A stretch of 64,000 nt of DNA from an uncultured Thermoleophilia bacterium (GTDB taxonomy: Bacteria > Actinomycetota > Thermoleophilia > Gaiellales > Gaiellaceae). The number at the start of each line of letters is the position of its first letter. The first letter of the stretch is position 1. The stretch covers positions 16,152 to 80,151 of the forward strand of contig CAVWTX010000011.1 in NCBI GenBank assembly GCA_963758065.1. Direction: 5' to 3'. A program made the translations under genes and the position numbers. This document shows, piece by piece, positions 38,543 through 49,813 of the stretch. Below the pieces are notes generated by a model. It saw nothing but the letters and a program-made list of their open reading frames with translations, was not told where the DNA came from and did no database searches.

Positions 38543-39790
38543 GTGCACTGGCAGCTCGCCACACTTGCGTTCATCCTCATCGGGTACGCGGCGATCTCCG
38601 CCCGTATCGAGGGAACGTCGATCACCGCGCCGATGGTGTTCACCGTGGCCGGGGTGCTCGTCGGCGCGCGCTCGCTCGGCCTCATCGATCTGGAGCAGCA
38701 CGGCGACGAGATCAAGCTCCTGACCGAGGCGACGCTGACCGTCGTCCTGTTCGCGGAGGCATCCCGCATCGACCTTCACGCCTTGCGGGGCGAGGCTGCA
38801 GTGCCGGCGCGCCTGCTTGGAATCGGACTGCCTCTGACACTGCTCGCCGGTTTCGTCGCCGCAGTCGCGCTCATCGGCGAGCTCGCTTGGCCCGAGGCGC
38901 TGTTGCTCGCAGTGATCCTCGCGCCGACGGACGCCGCGCTCGGGCAAGCAGTCGCCACCTCGAAGCGACTTCCGTCCCGAGTTCGGCAGAGCCTCAACGT
39001 CGAGAGCGGGCTCAACGACGGAATCTGCGTGCCGCTCTTCTTCGTCGTGCTCGCCGTCGCCCAGGCGGAGCAGACGGACGCGGGGTGGCGCGAGGCTGTC
39101 CGGCTGGTGCTCGAGGAGCTCGGGTACGGAGCGCTCGCCGGAGTCGCCGCGGGTGCCGTCGCTGCTGCCGTCGTGATCGTCGCCGTGCGGCGAGGATCAA
39201 TCGCGCCGTCGTGGCTTCAGGTCGTACCCCTCGCCGCGGCTGGGCTCGCCTTCGGTCTCGCGGATCCGGTCGGCGGCTCCGGGTTCATTGCGGCGTTCGT
39301 GGGCGGAGCGTTCTTCGGCGGTCTCCGCAGGCGCGCAGGGCGGGGACGTCTCGTACCTGATCGACGAGACCGGCGACCTGCTCGCAGCCGTCACCTTCAT
39401 CGTCTTCGGAGCGGTGCTGCTCGTCCCCGCCGTCGAGGAGCGCAACCTGGCAGATCGCTCTCTACGCCGTGCTCAGCCTGACGCTGGTGCGGATGGTCCC
39501 GGTCTCACTCGCGCTGATCGGCACCGGCGCCCAGCGGCCAACCGTGGCGTTCCTCGGCTGGTTCGGGCCGCGCGGGCTCGCGTCCATCGTGTTCGCGCTC
39601 CTGCTCGTGGAAGAGGGTGGACTGCCGAACGACGACGTCATCCTTGATCGTGACCTTCGTGGCGGTTGGGCTTTCGGTCTTCGCGCACGGCATTTCTGCG
39701 GCGCCTCTCACGCAGCGGTACTCGGAGTGGCTCGGCGCACATCCAGCGCCGGGGCCGGCGCCGCTCGAAGAGGACGATCCGAGCGGCTAG
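38543..39790 (+). pseudogene. Na+/H+ (cation:proton) antiporter, CPA1-like, three frameshifts
   Basis: LAPTDAAL, ESGLNDG motifs. Breaks: FFGGLRRRAGR|DVSYLIDETG at about 39340, VEERN|WQIALYAVLSLTLVR at about 39446, NDDVIL|IVTFVAVGLSVFAHG at about 39646. Reconstructed stop at 39788-39790. 1248 nt minus 3 is a multiple of 3. Confidence 0.85.
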
Positions 39791-40603
39791 GACGCGCTGC
39801 GAGGACGTGCCGCCGCGGTTTCCGCGCCGAGCAGGACGATCGCGGCGAGGAGGTAGACGAGCAGCAGAAACGCGAGAACAGCTCCCATGGGCCCGTAGAT
39901 CGTGTTGAAGCTCGCAAACCGCGTCGCGTACACGGCGTAGCCGTAGACGGTGACTTCGAACGCGATGGCGGCCGCGAGCGCACTCGGCCACAGCAGGCGC
40001 ACGGGCATGCGCTCGGGCGGCACGAACCGGTACAGCGCGAGCAGGGCACAGAAGACGATGGCGGTCGACGAGAGCGACCTCTGCAGAGGCCGAGAAGGCG
40101 GTGGAGGCTCCGCTTGACAGGCCAAGCGCATCGGACAGGTCCGAGCCGGTCTCGACGACGATACGCACGATCACCGACAGCGCGAACGCGGTGACGACCA
40201 ACGCTCCTGCACAGCCGACGAGCGCGAAGTCTCGGAGCTTGCTTCGCACGTACGTCGGGCCTCGCTCACGATCCCAGATGACTCGGAAGGCGATGCGGAT
40301 CGACGCCATCATCCCGCTCGAGGCCCAGAGCAGCGTGGCCAGCGCGACGAGTCCGACGAGGGGCGCGGTGGCAGACGATTCGGCGAGCGTGTTCTCGATG
40401 CTGGCCTCCAGGTCGGTGCCAGGGAACACGCCGAAGAGCCAGGTGACGAACTGCTCACGCCTCGTGGAAGGGAGGACGACGTCGAGGATCGTGAGCAGGA
40501 GCGCCGCGAACGGCACGAGCGAGAAGAGGACGCGGTACGAGATCGCAGCGGAGAGCTGCGAGCCGGCGTGGCGGCTGTACGCGCGCATGATCGCCGTTGA
40601 CAT
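39787..40603 (-). pseudogene. YihY/BrkB family membrane protein, one frameshift
   Basis: LSAAISYRVLFSLVPF. Break: SGASTAFSA|LQRSLSSTAIVFCALLALYRFVP at about 40087. ATG at 40603. Confidence 0.8.
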
Positions 40604-40768
40604 AGGCACGCGCACGGTCGAGGAGCTCGCGCACCCGACTACCCTTCCAGCCCGCACGGGTTGGTTTCAACATCGACCTGCGATGCGCTCCATGCGGCTC
40701 AGGGCGACGCTCGCACTGGATGCGGGCGTGACACGCACTCGCAGATTCCGGCCCGATGCTGAGCTGAG

Positions 40769-40852
40769 TGCGGGCGGAGGGACTCGAACCCTCATGCTCT
40801 CTCGAGCACCGGCTCCTAAGGCCGGGGTGTCTGCCAGTTCCACCACGCCCGC
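40769..40852 (-). tRNA. tRNA-Leu (anticodon TAG)
   Basis: GCGGGCGTGGTGGAACTGGCAGACACCCCGGCCTTAGGAGCCGGTGCTCGAGAGAGCATGAGGGTTCGAGTCCCTCCGCCCGCA. Long variable arm, anticodon loop CTTAGGA. Confidence 0.92.
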
Positions 40853-40914
40853 GAGCCGTAACAGTCTAGGTGTCTCGAGCGCTTGCCGTCCTGCTCGTTA
40901 GCCATACTGAAAAC

Positions 40915-41657
40915 ATGAGATCGAAGCGCGAGCTCGACCAGGCGTTGGAACTTCTGCGTCAGGGGCTCACGGCAACTGAAGTTGCGCGCGCAACCGGAAT
41001 CCCTCGCTCGACGGTGAGGGACTGGGCTACGGACGCGGGATGCGGCAGCCAAGGGAACCCGACTGCACGGGACACGACTTCTCGGCGCTCGACGGGAGCG
41101 CCTATGCCTATCTGCTTGCGGTCTATCTGGGCGACGGGTTTATCTGTCCGCGCCCGCGTGGAGTGTGGCAACTTCGGATCACACTCGACTCGGCTTACCC
41201 CGGCATCGTCGCCGAGTGCGTGGCCGCGGTGGAATCGGTCGCTCCGGGTAAGGCATACGTGTTACGAAGACGTGACGAGCGTGCTGTCGAAGTCTCGAAG
41301 TACTGGAAACACTGGACCTGTCTCATCCCACAGCACGGCCCTGGCCGGAAGCACACTCGTTCGATCGTCCTCACGGACTGGCAGTGGCGAATCGTCACAG
41401 CCCACGTCGGGCTGTTCCTTCGGGGGCTGATCCACAGTGACGGAACCCGAATCGTCGCGACGGAGCGGAAACGGCATTACGTTCGGCGCGCACCGCGTTA
41501 CGGGTTCTCGAACCGGTCCGAGGACATCCTCGCGATCTTCCCAAGCTCGTGCGAGATGGCAGGCATTCACTGCACCCGAGCGAGCGAGAAGCAGATCGCC
41601 GTCTACAGCAAGGCGGCCGTAGCACGCCTCGACGAATTCGTCGGGCCGAAGAGATGA
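40915..41657 (+). pseudogene. HTH domain fused to a double LAGLIDADG-like (homing-endonuclease-like) domain, frameshifted
   Basis: N-terminus LTATEVARATGIPRSTVRDWA (HTH). Then, 2 nt out of frame from about 41030, AYAYLLAVYLGDGFI and FLRGLIHSDGTR (two LAGLIDADG-like motifs). Ends ...ARLDEFVGPKR*. Confidence 0.65.
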
Positions 41658-41694
41658 GGCCATCGCCGCGCGGGTCCTTGCGCCTGCCTCTGGG

Positions 41695-42841
41695 TCACAT
41701 TTTCGTGACGGCGTCGCCGACGAAGCGGTCGAGGCGGAAGAGCCCGATGTCGTACCTCGTCGATCCCTCGAGCGCGAGGTCGGCGAGGATCTCGCCGACG
41801 ACGGAGCAGAACTTGAAGCCGTGACCCGAGAAGCCGGCTCCGACGACTGCGACGGTCGGTCGTCCGGGTGTCGGTCGATGAGGAAGTGCTCGTCGGGCGT
41901 CGGCTCGAAGAGGCACGTCTTGCAGAGCGCAGGGTCGGGCCAGCCCCGTCCGGCAAGTACCGCTGCAGCGAACGCTCTCAGCGGCAGCTCGTCCTCGAGC
42001 GTCGGCTCGCGCGAGATCGCGTCCGGGTCGCCGCCGGCTCCGAAGTGGTCGTAGCGGCCGACCTTGAACCCCGGCACGCCGAAGACCGGAAAGCCGTAGA
42101 AGTGCTCGCCGTCGAGTACGACGTTGAACACGGGAAGGCGCTCAGGCGTGAAGAGCTCAGGTCTCAGGGGTTGGAGCCACGCGACCGCCTGGCGAAGCGC
42201 TCCCGCCAGCCCCGGTGGCAGGCGGGCGACGTCCTGTGACCAGGCGCCGGCGGTGAGCACGAGGCGGTCGGCTTCGACGACGCCTCGATCGGTGCGAATG
42301 CGCACGCCGTTCTCGGTCTGCGGTCCACTCCACCACACGCTCGCGAGCTCGGACGACGGCACCGCGCGCGAGCGCCCCGTTCACGTGCGCCACGATGCAC
42401 CGCTCGGGGAGGAGGAAGCCGCCGTCCGGCTGGAGGAAGACAGGCAGATCCGGCGGGAGGCGAAAGGCGGGATAGCGCCTACGCGAGCTCGCCGCCGTCG
42501 ATGGCCTCGTACGGGAGGCCGTGCTCGGCGGAGGACCGGAGCGCACCGTCGTAGATCCTCTCGCCCGCCTCGACGATGCCGGTGATGTGGAGAAGCTGCT
42601 CGCCGGCCTCGACCTCGAGCTCGCGCCAGAGCTCGTACGCTCTCCGGAGGAGGGGGACGTAGTCCGAGTGCTCGAAGTACGCGAGCCGGATGATCCGGGT
42701 GACCCCGTGCGACGAGCCCATGTCGTTGGGGACGTCGAAGCGCTCGAGCCCGAGCACGCGCTTCCCGCGACGGGCGAGGTGGTAGAGGGCCGCGCTACCC
42801 ATTCCACCGACTCCGACCACCACGACGTCGTACCGGTCCAT
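41695..42841 (-). pseudogene. FAD-dependent monomeric sarcosine oxidase / N-methyltryptophan oxidase-like enzyme, three frameshifts
   Basis: YDVVVVGVGGMGSAALYHLA. Breaks: DGGELA|RRYPAFRL at about 42481, VVEWTA|(Q)TENGVRIRT at about 42320, IDRHPDDR|[16 protein letters not shown] at about 41865. Confidence 0.8.
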
Positions 42842-42910
42842 CGGTCGATCGTACTTCGGTGTCAGACACCGATCCGTCGCGACCCTAGCCCAGGCTGGTT
42901 GAATGGCCAC

Positions 42911-44278
42911 GTGTCCACCACCACCGTCGAGGAGCTCGGAGAGAATCGCGTCCGCCTGACCGTCGACGTCTCCTCCGACCAGGTTCAGCACGCCGTCGAG
43001 CACGCGCTGTCGGATCTGTCCGAGAGCGTCAAGATTCCGGGCTTCCGCAAGGGGAAGATCCCGCAGCCCGTTCTCGTCTCGCGGATCGGCAAGGACCGGA
43101 TCTACGCAGAGGCGGTCGAGAGTCACATCGGCGGCTGGTTCTGGAGCGCTGCCTCGCGCAGCCGCGTCCGCCCCGTCGCGGAGCCCGAATACGAGTTCGA
43201 GCTCCCCGACACGGCCGACGAGGCCTGGAGCTTCAGGGCGACCGTCGAGGTTCAGGCGCTCCCCGAGATCGTCGACTGGACGACGCTCGAGGTGCCGCGC
43301 GCCGAGGTCGACGTACCGCAGGAAGTCGTGGACGCCGAGCTCGAGGCGCTGCGCGAGTCAGTCGCCGAGCTAGCGCCCGCCGACGGCCGTCCCGCCCGCG
43401 AAGGCGACACGCTCGTCGTCGATCTCGTCGACTCCAAGGGAGAGGCTCAGCGCGACACGGTGGTCGAGCTCGGAGCCGGCCGTATGGCCGGCGAGCTCGA
43501 GGCGGCTCTGCTCGGTGCCTCGGCCGGGGACACGAAGCAGGTGTCCTTCGGTCTTGCCGACGGAACGCCTTCGACGGTCGAGATAACGGTGCGCGAGGTG
43601 CAGGAGAAGGTGCTGCCGCCCCTCGACGACGACCTGGCGCGTGCCGCGAGCGAGTTCGACACGCTCGGCGAGCTGCGCGCGAGCATCGAGGGCACGCTTC
43701 GGGAGCAACTCGACACCGAGATCGACGGGGCCTTCCGCGTCGCGGCCGTGGACGAGCTCGTGCGTGCATCGCAGGTGCAGCCTGCTCTTCCGCTCATCCG
43801 CAGCCGAGCCGCCGATCTCCTCACCGGCTTCGTTCGCTCACTCGAGCGCCGCGGCGTCTCGGTCGAGACCTACCTCGCCGCGAGTGGTGGCAATGCCGAG
43901 GAGCTCCAGCGGCAGATGGTGCTCGAGGCGGCGGTGTCCATCTCGCGCGAGCTCGCTCTCGAAGCACTCGCGGAACGCGCCGGGATCGACGTCTCGGACG
44001 ACGAGGTGAAGGCGTACCTGCGCGAGGAGGCGGAGTCGGCCGGCGAGGAGGATCCCGACGGCCTCGTCGACGACGTGTGGGCGCACGGCCAGCAGGAGTC
44101 GATTCGCGAGGATCTGCGCCTGCGCGCCGCGCTCGATCGTCTCGTCGCCGACGTCAATCCGATCGCGCCAGACCTCGCCGCCGCCCGAGAGAAGCTGTGG
44201 ACCCCCGACAAGGAAAAAGCCGAGGGGGACACGAAGTTGTGGACCCCCGGCCATCCCGCTCCGCGGGATAGCGAGTAG
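42911..44278 (+). CDS. tig: trigger factor
   Basis: GTG at 42911. Ribosome-binding signature PGFRKGKIP. Position upstream of clpP-clpX. Confidence 0.9.
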   Translation: MSTTTVEELGENRVRLTVDVSSDQVQHAVEHALSDLSESVKIPGFRKGKIPQPVLVSRIGKDRIYAEAVESHIGGWFWSAASRSRVRPVAEPEYEFELPDTADEAWSFRATVEVQALPEIVDWTTLEVPRAEVDVPQEVVDAELEALRESVAELAPADGRPAREGDTLVVDLVDSKGEAQRDTVVELGAGRMAGELEAALLGASAGDTKQVSFGLADGTPSTVEITVREVQEKVLPPLDDDLARAASEFDTLGELRASIEGTLREQLDTEIDGAFRVAAVDELVRASQVQPALPLIRSRAADLLTGFVRSLERRGVSVETYLAASGGNAEELQRQMVLEAAVSISRELALEALAERAGIDVSDDEVKAYLREEAESAGEEDPDGLVDDVWAHGQQESIREDLRLRAALDRLVADVNPIAPDLAAAREKLWTPDKEKAEGDTKLWTPGHPAPRDSE

Positions 44279-44354
44279 AGACGAGGAGCGATATGAGAGA
44301 TACGACCGAGCTGAGCCTTTGTAGCCGCTTCCCGACCGAAGGGAGGGAAGTGGC

Positions 44355-44939
44355 ATGCCGCTGATTCCGATGGTCATCGAGCAGACCTCGCGTGGCGAGC
44401 GCTCGTTCGACATCTACTCGCGTCTGCTCAACGAGCGGATCATCTTCCTGGGCACGCCGATCGACGATCAGATCGCGAACCTCGTCGTCGCCCAGCTGCT
44501 CCACCTCGAATCGGAGGATCCCGACAAGGACATCTCGATCTACATCAACTCGCCGGGCGGCATCGTCTATGCGGGTCTCGCGATCTACGACACGATGCAG
44601 TTCATCAAGCCCGATGTGCAGACGATCTGCGTCGGAATGGCCATGTCCATGGGTGCGGTCGTCCTGGCCGGCGGCACCCCGGGGAAGCGCAGCGCGCTGC
44701 CCCATTCGAAGATCCTCATCCACCAGGGCTCGGCGGGCTTCTCCGGCCAACCGACCGAGATCGAGATCCAGGCGCGGGAGGTAATCAGCCTCAAGCGGCT
44801 AATGGAGGAGATCATGGCCAAGCACACGGGTCAGGAGATCGAGAAGGTCTCGAAGGACATGGATCGTGACTTCTACATGACTGCGCCCGAGGCCAAGGAG
44901 TACGGGCTCATTGACACCGTGATCGAGCACCGTTCATAG
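44355..44939 (+). CDS. clpP: ATP-dependent Clp protease proteolytic subunit
   Basis: [21 protein letters not shown] (active-site Ser), IHQ. Confidence 0.95.
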   Translation: MPLIPMVIEQTSRGERSFDIYSRLLNERIIFLGTPIDDQIANLVVAQLLHLESEDPDKDISIYINSPGGIVYAGLAIYDTMQFIKPDVQTICVGMAMSMGAVVLAGGTPGKRSALPHSKILIHQGSAGFSGQPTEIEIQAREVISLKRLMEEIMAKHTGQEIEKVSKDMDRDFYMTAPEAKEYGLIDTVIEHRS

Positions 44940-44983
44940 ATATCCCCTTCCCCTACCCGTGAAATCGGAGTAAAAGGAGAAAC

Positions 44984-46261
<1,278 letters not shown>

Positions 46262-46337
46262 AGCCTCCTCCGTCCGGTTGACGGTCGGCCGTGAGGTCGA
46301 TATAGCTTGCCCGTCCGCACGGGATCGAGGAGGGCCG

Positions 46338-47354
46338 ATGACGTCGACCGCGTACGACACCGACCGAGCCGAGGCGTTCGCGGAACGCATGCTCGAACTG
46401 CTCAACAGCGGGGCTCTCGCGGTGATGATCTCCGTCGGCCACCGCACCGGGCTCCTCGACGCGCTCGCCACGTCAGGCGCAGCGACGAGCGAGGAGCTTG
46501 CGCACGCTGCGGGCCTGAACGAGCGCTACGTCCGTGAGTGGCTCGGCGCGCTGACCACCGGGCGCATCGTCGAGTACGAGCCCGACACTGCCCGGTATCG
46601 GCTTCCCGCCGAGCATGCCGCCTGGCTGACTCGGGCTGCGGCGCCCGACAACCTCGCGGTGGAAGCTCAGTGGATCACCTCCCTTTCGACCGTCGAGGAC
46701 GACATCGTCGAGTGCTTCCGCAAGGGTGGAGGGGTTCCGTACGAGCGCTACTCGCGGTTCCACGAGGTGATGGCCGAGGAGAGTGCCCAGACCGTTCTCT
46801 CGGTCCTCTTCTCGCACATCCTGCCGCTCGTCCCCGGCATGACCGAGCGCCTTACAGAGGGCGCCTCGCTCCTCGACCTGGGCTGCGGACGGGGCCGGGC
46901 TCTGCTGATGCTCGCGGAGCGTTTCCCGCAGAGCACGTTCCTGGGCTACGACCTGTCGGAAGACGCGATCTCGTACGCGACGGCGCAGGCGGGCGAGCGC
47001 GGGCTCGAGAACGTCAGCTTCGTGCAGCGCGACCTCAGCACCTTCGACGTGGACGCGGAGCCCGAGGCGTTCGCGTTCGTCGCGACCTTCGACGCGGTGC
47101 ACGATCAGGCGCGTCCGCTCGCCATGCTGCGAGGGATCCGTCGCACACTGGCGCCCGACGGCGTCTATCTCATGCAGGACATCCAGGGGTCGAGCCACGT
47201 TCACGAGAACATCGACCACCCAGGCGGGCCGCTCCTCTACATGATCTCCTGCATGCACTGCATGACCGTGTCCCTCGCTCAGGGAGGCGATGGGCTGGGA
47301 GCGATGTGGGGCGAGCAGAAGGCGCGCGAGCTCCTGGCCGAGGCCGGGTTCTGA
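46338..47354 (+). CDS. class I SAM-dependent methyltransferase with N-terminal winged-helix-like domain
   Basis: LLDLGCGRGRAL motif I. ATG at 46338 after GAGGAGGG. Confidence 0.75.
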   Translation: MTSTAYDTDRAEAFAERMLELLNSGALAVMISVGHRTGLLDALATSGAATSEELAHAAGLNERYVREWLGALTTGRIVEYEPDTARYRLPAEHAAWLTRAAAPDNLAVEAQWITSLSTVEDDIVECFRKGGGVPYERYSRFHEVMAEESAQTVLSVLFSHILPLVPGMTERLTEGASLLDLGCGRGRALLMLAERFPQSTFLGYDLSEDAISYATAQAGERGLENVSFVQRDLSTFDVDAEPEAFAFVATFDAVHDQARPLAMLRGIRRTLAPDGVYLMQDIQGSSHVHENIDHPGGPLLYMISCMHCMTVSLAQGGDGLGAMWGEQKARELLAEAGF

Positions 47355-47425
47355 TCGGTCGAGGTGCATCTGCTCGAGCACGATCCGTTCAACGCGTACT
47401 TCGTCGTGCGGCCGTGACTCCGGGG

Positions 47426-47462
47426 GATCAGACCCCACGGGTCTGACCTCACGGGTCCGACC
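47426..47462. repeat. three 14-nt-phased palindromic 9-mers G(G/A)TCNGACC, 25 nt upstream of the GGT-family gene
   Basis: gatcagacc at 47426, ggtctgacc at 47440, ggtccgacc at 47454. Copies 1 and 2 can also pair as hairpin tcagaccc-cac-gggtctga (47428-47446). Confidence 0.75.
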
Positions 47463-47486
47463 CGGCTCGTTCCGTAGGCTCCGGCC

Positions 47487-49166
47487 GTGACGTTCACCAC
47501 CCGGCCGGAGCTCCGCGGCACCTTCGGGATGGTCGCGTCGACGCACTGGCTGGCCTCTCAGACCGGGATGGCCGTGCTCGAGCGAGGCGGGAACGCGTTC
47601 GACGCCGCAGTCGCGACCGGCTTCGTCCTCCAGGTCGTCGAGCCGCACCTGAACGGGCCCGGCGGAGAAGTGCCGGCAGTCTTCTGGTCCGTCGAGCGGG
47701 GTGAGCCGCTCGCCCTGTGCGGCCAAGGGGTCGCACCGGCGGCGGCGACGATCGAACGGTTCCACGAGCTCGGCCACGAGCTCGTTCCCGGGACCGGCGT
47801 GCTCGCCGCCTGCGTGCCGGGCGCGTTCGGCGGCTGGCTACTCCTGCTGCGCGAGTTCGGCACGTGGCGCCTCGCAGACGTCCTCGCGCTCGCCATCGGC
47901 TACGCCGAGCACGGCTATCCGCTGCATGCCCGGATCCACGCCACGATCGAGCGGAACGAGGAGCTCCTGCGCGGGTGGCCGGGCTCGGCTGCGCTCTACC
48001 TCCCCGTTCCGGAGGCCGGGGCGCTCTTCCGTAACCCAGCGCTCGCGGCGACGTACAGGCGCATTCTCGAGGAGAGCCGAGGAGGCTCGCGCGAGGAGGA
48101 GATCGAGCGTGCGCGGCTCGCGTTCTACGAGGGCTTCGTGGCCGGGGCGATCGACCGCTTCAGCGCCGCGCGAGGGCGGGCCTGCTGACCGGAGACGACA
48201 TCGCCGCTTGGGAGGCGACAATCGAGCCGGTCGTCACGTTCGACTACCGCGGGCTGACGGTGTGCAAGACGCGATCCTGGGCCGCCGGCGCCGTCGGGCT
48301 CCAGCAGCTCGCGCTGCTCCAAGGCTTCGATCTCGCCGAGCTCTCCGAGGCCGAGCTCGTGCACACGGTCGTCGAGTGCGCGAAGCTCGCCTTTGCCGAC
48401 CGGGATGCGCTCTACGGCGATATCGGAGACGTTCCGTTCGACGTGCTTCTCTCCGCCGAGTACAACGACGAGCGCCGAGCGCTCGTCGGGGAAGACGCGT
48501 CCGCCGACTACAGCCCGGGTCTCGGACGACTCCCGCGAATCCACGACGACCTCGCCACCACCGCAGGCTCAGGGGAGCCGGGCCGAGGGACCGTGCACCT
48601 GGATGTCGCCGATCGCTTCGGGAACATGATCTCGGCGACACCCAGCGGTGGCTGGCTGCAGAGCTCGCCGGTGATTCCCGAGCTCGGCTGGCCGCTCGGC
48701 ACCCGTGCGCAGATGTTCTGGCTCGAGGAAGGCCTGCCGTCGTCTCTTCGTCCCGGCACGCGCCCGCGCACGACGCTCTGCCCCGGCCTGGCGCTGCGCC
48801 AGGGCGAGCCGTACCTGGCCTGGGGGACACCCGGAGGCGACCAGCAGGAGCAGTGGGCGCTCCACGTCTTCCTCCGCCATGTCGATCTCGGCATGAACCT
48901 GCAGGAGGCGATCGACGCTCCCGAGTTCCACACCGACCATCTGATCTCGTCGTTCTTCCCGCGCGGGTTCGCGCCGAAGTCGCTCGCGCTCGAGTCGCGG
49001 TTCGCGGCGCGCGTCGTCGCGGATCTCGAGCGGCGCGGGCACGATCTGTCGCTCTGGCCGCCGTGGTCGGCCGGACGCGTGACGGCGGTCGCACGGGAGC
49101 CCGACGGCCTTCTCAGGGCAGGGAGCGAATCCCCGTGGCATGCAGGGCTACGCCGTCGGGCGGTAG
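47487..49166 (+). pseudogene. gamma-glutamyltransferase family protein, two frameshifts
   Basis: MVASTHWLASQ, GTVHLDVADRFGNMISATPSGG. Breaks: DRFSAARG|(A)GLLTGDDIAAWEA at about 48175 and LLRAG|ANPRGMQGYAVGR* at about 49124. Net length is a multiple of 3. Confidence 0.82.
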
Positions 49167-49176
49167 CGTCTCGCCG

Positions 49177-49734
49177 GTGGCCCGGGAGCGGACTCGCACG
49201 TACAGCTGGGACGACCCGTTCGCGCTTCGCGACCATATGGCCGACCTCTCCGGGCTCGAGCTGATGCAGAAGATGGCCGCGGGCGAGCTGCCGCCGCCGC
49301 CCATCGCGCAGACGCTCGGTTTCCGGCTGGTCGAAGCGACGCGTGGCCGAGCGGTCTTCGAGTGCGAGCCAGCGGAGTTCCACTACAACCCGATCGGGAT
49401 CGTCCACGCGGGCCTCGCCCTGACGCTCATGGACTCGGCCATGGGGCTCGCGTTCGTCACGACGCTCGACGAACCTCTGGGCTGGACGACGCTCGAGATG
49501 AAGGCGAACTTCACGCGAGCGCTGACCGTCGACACCGGCGTCGTGCGCTGCGTGGGCTCGGTCATCCATCCCGGCCGGCGGGTGGCGACGACGGAAGCGC
49601 GGGTCGAGGACTCGGACGGCAGGCTGTGTGCGCATGGCACGAGCACGATCCTCGTCCTCGAAGGAAGGCAGATCGCGCATGAGACCTTGAGCCCGTGCAG
49701 CGCGACGCGAGAGGAAGCTCGCCGTTCCCGGTAG
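49177..49734 (+). CDS. PaaI-family hotdog-fold thioesterase
   Basis: GTG at 49177. SGLELMQKMAAGELPPPPIAQTLGF, VHAGLALTLMDSAMG. Confidence 0.7.
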   Translation: MARERTRTYSWDDPFALRDHMADLSGLELMQKMAAGELPPPPIAQTLGFRLVEATRGRAVFECEPAEFHYNPIGIVHAGLALTLMDSAMGLAFVTTLDEPLGWTTLEMKANFTRALTVDTGVVRCVGSVIHPGRRVATTEARVEDSDGRLCAHGTSTILVLEGRQIAHETLSPCSATREEARRSR

Positions 49735-49813
49735 CCGGGCGACGCCGCAGCGCGTAGCCGGCGAGCGTCGCGAGCACACCTTTCTAGACTCTGCCTCCCT
49801 AGACTGGCGCGCG

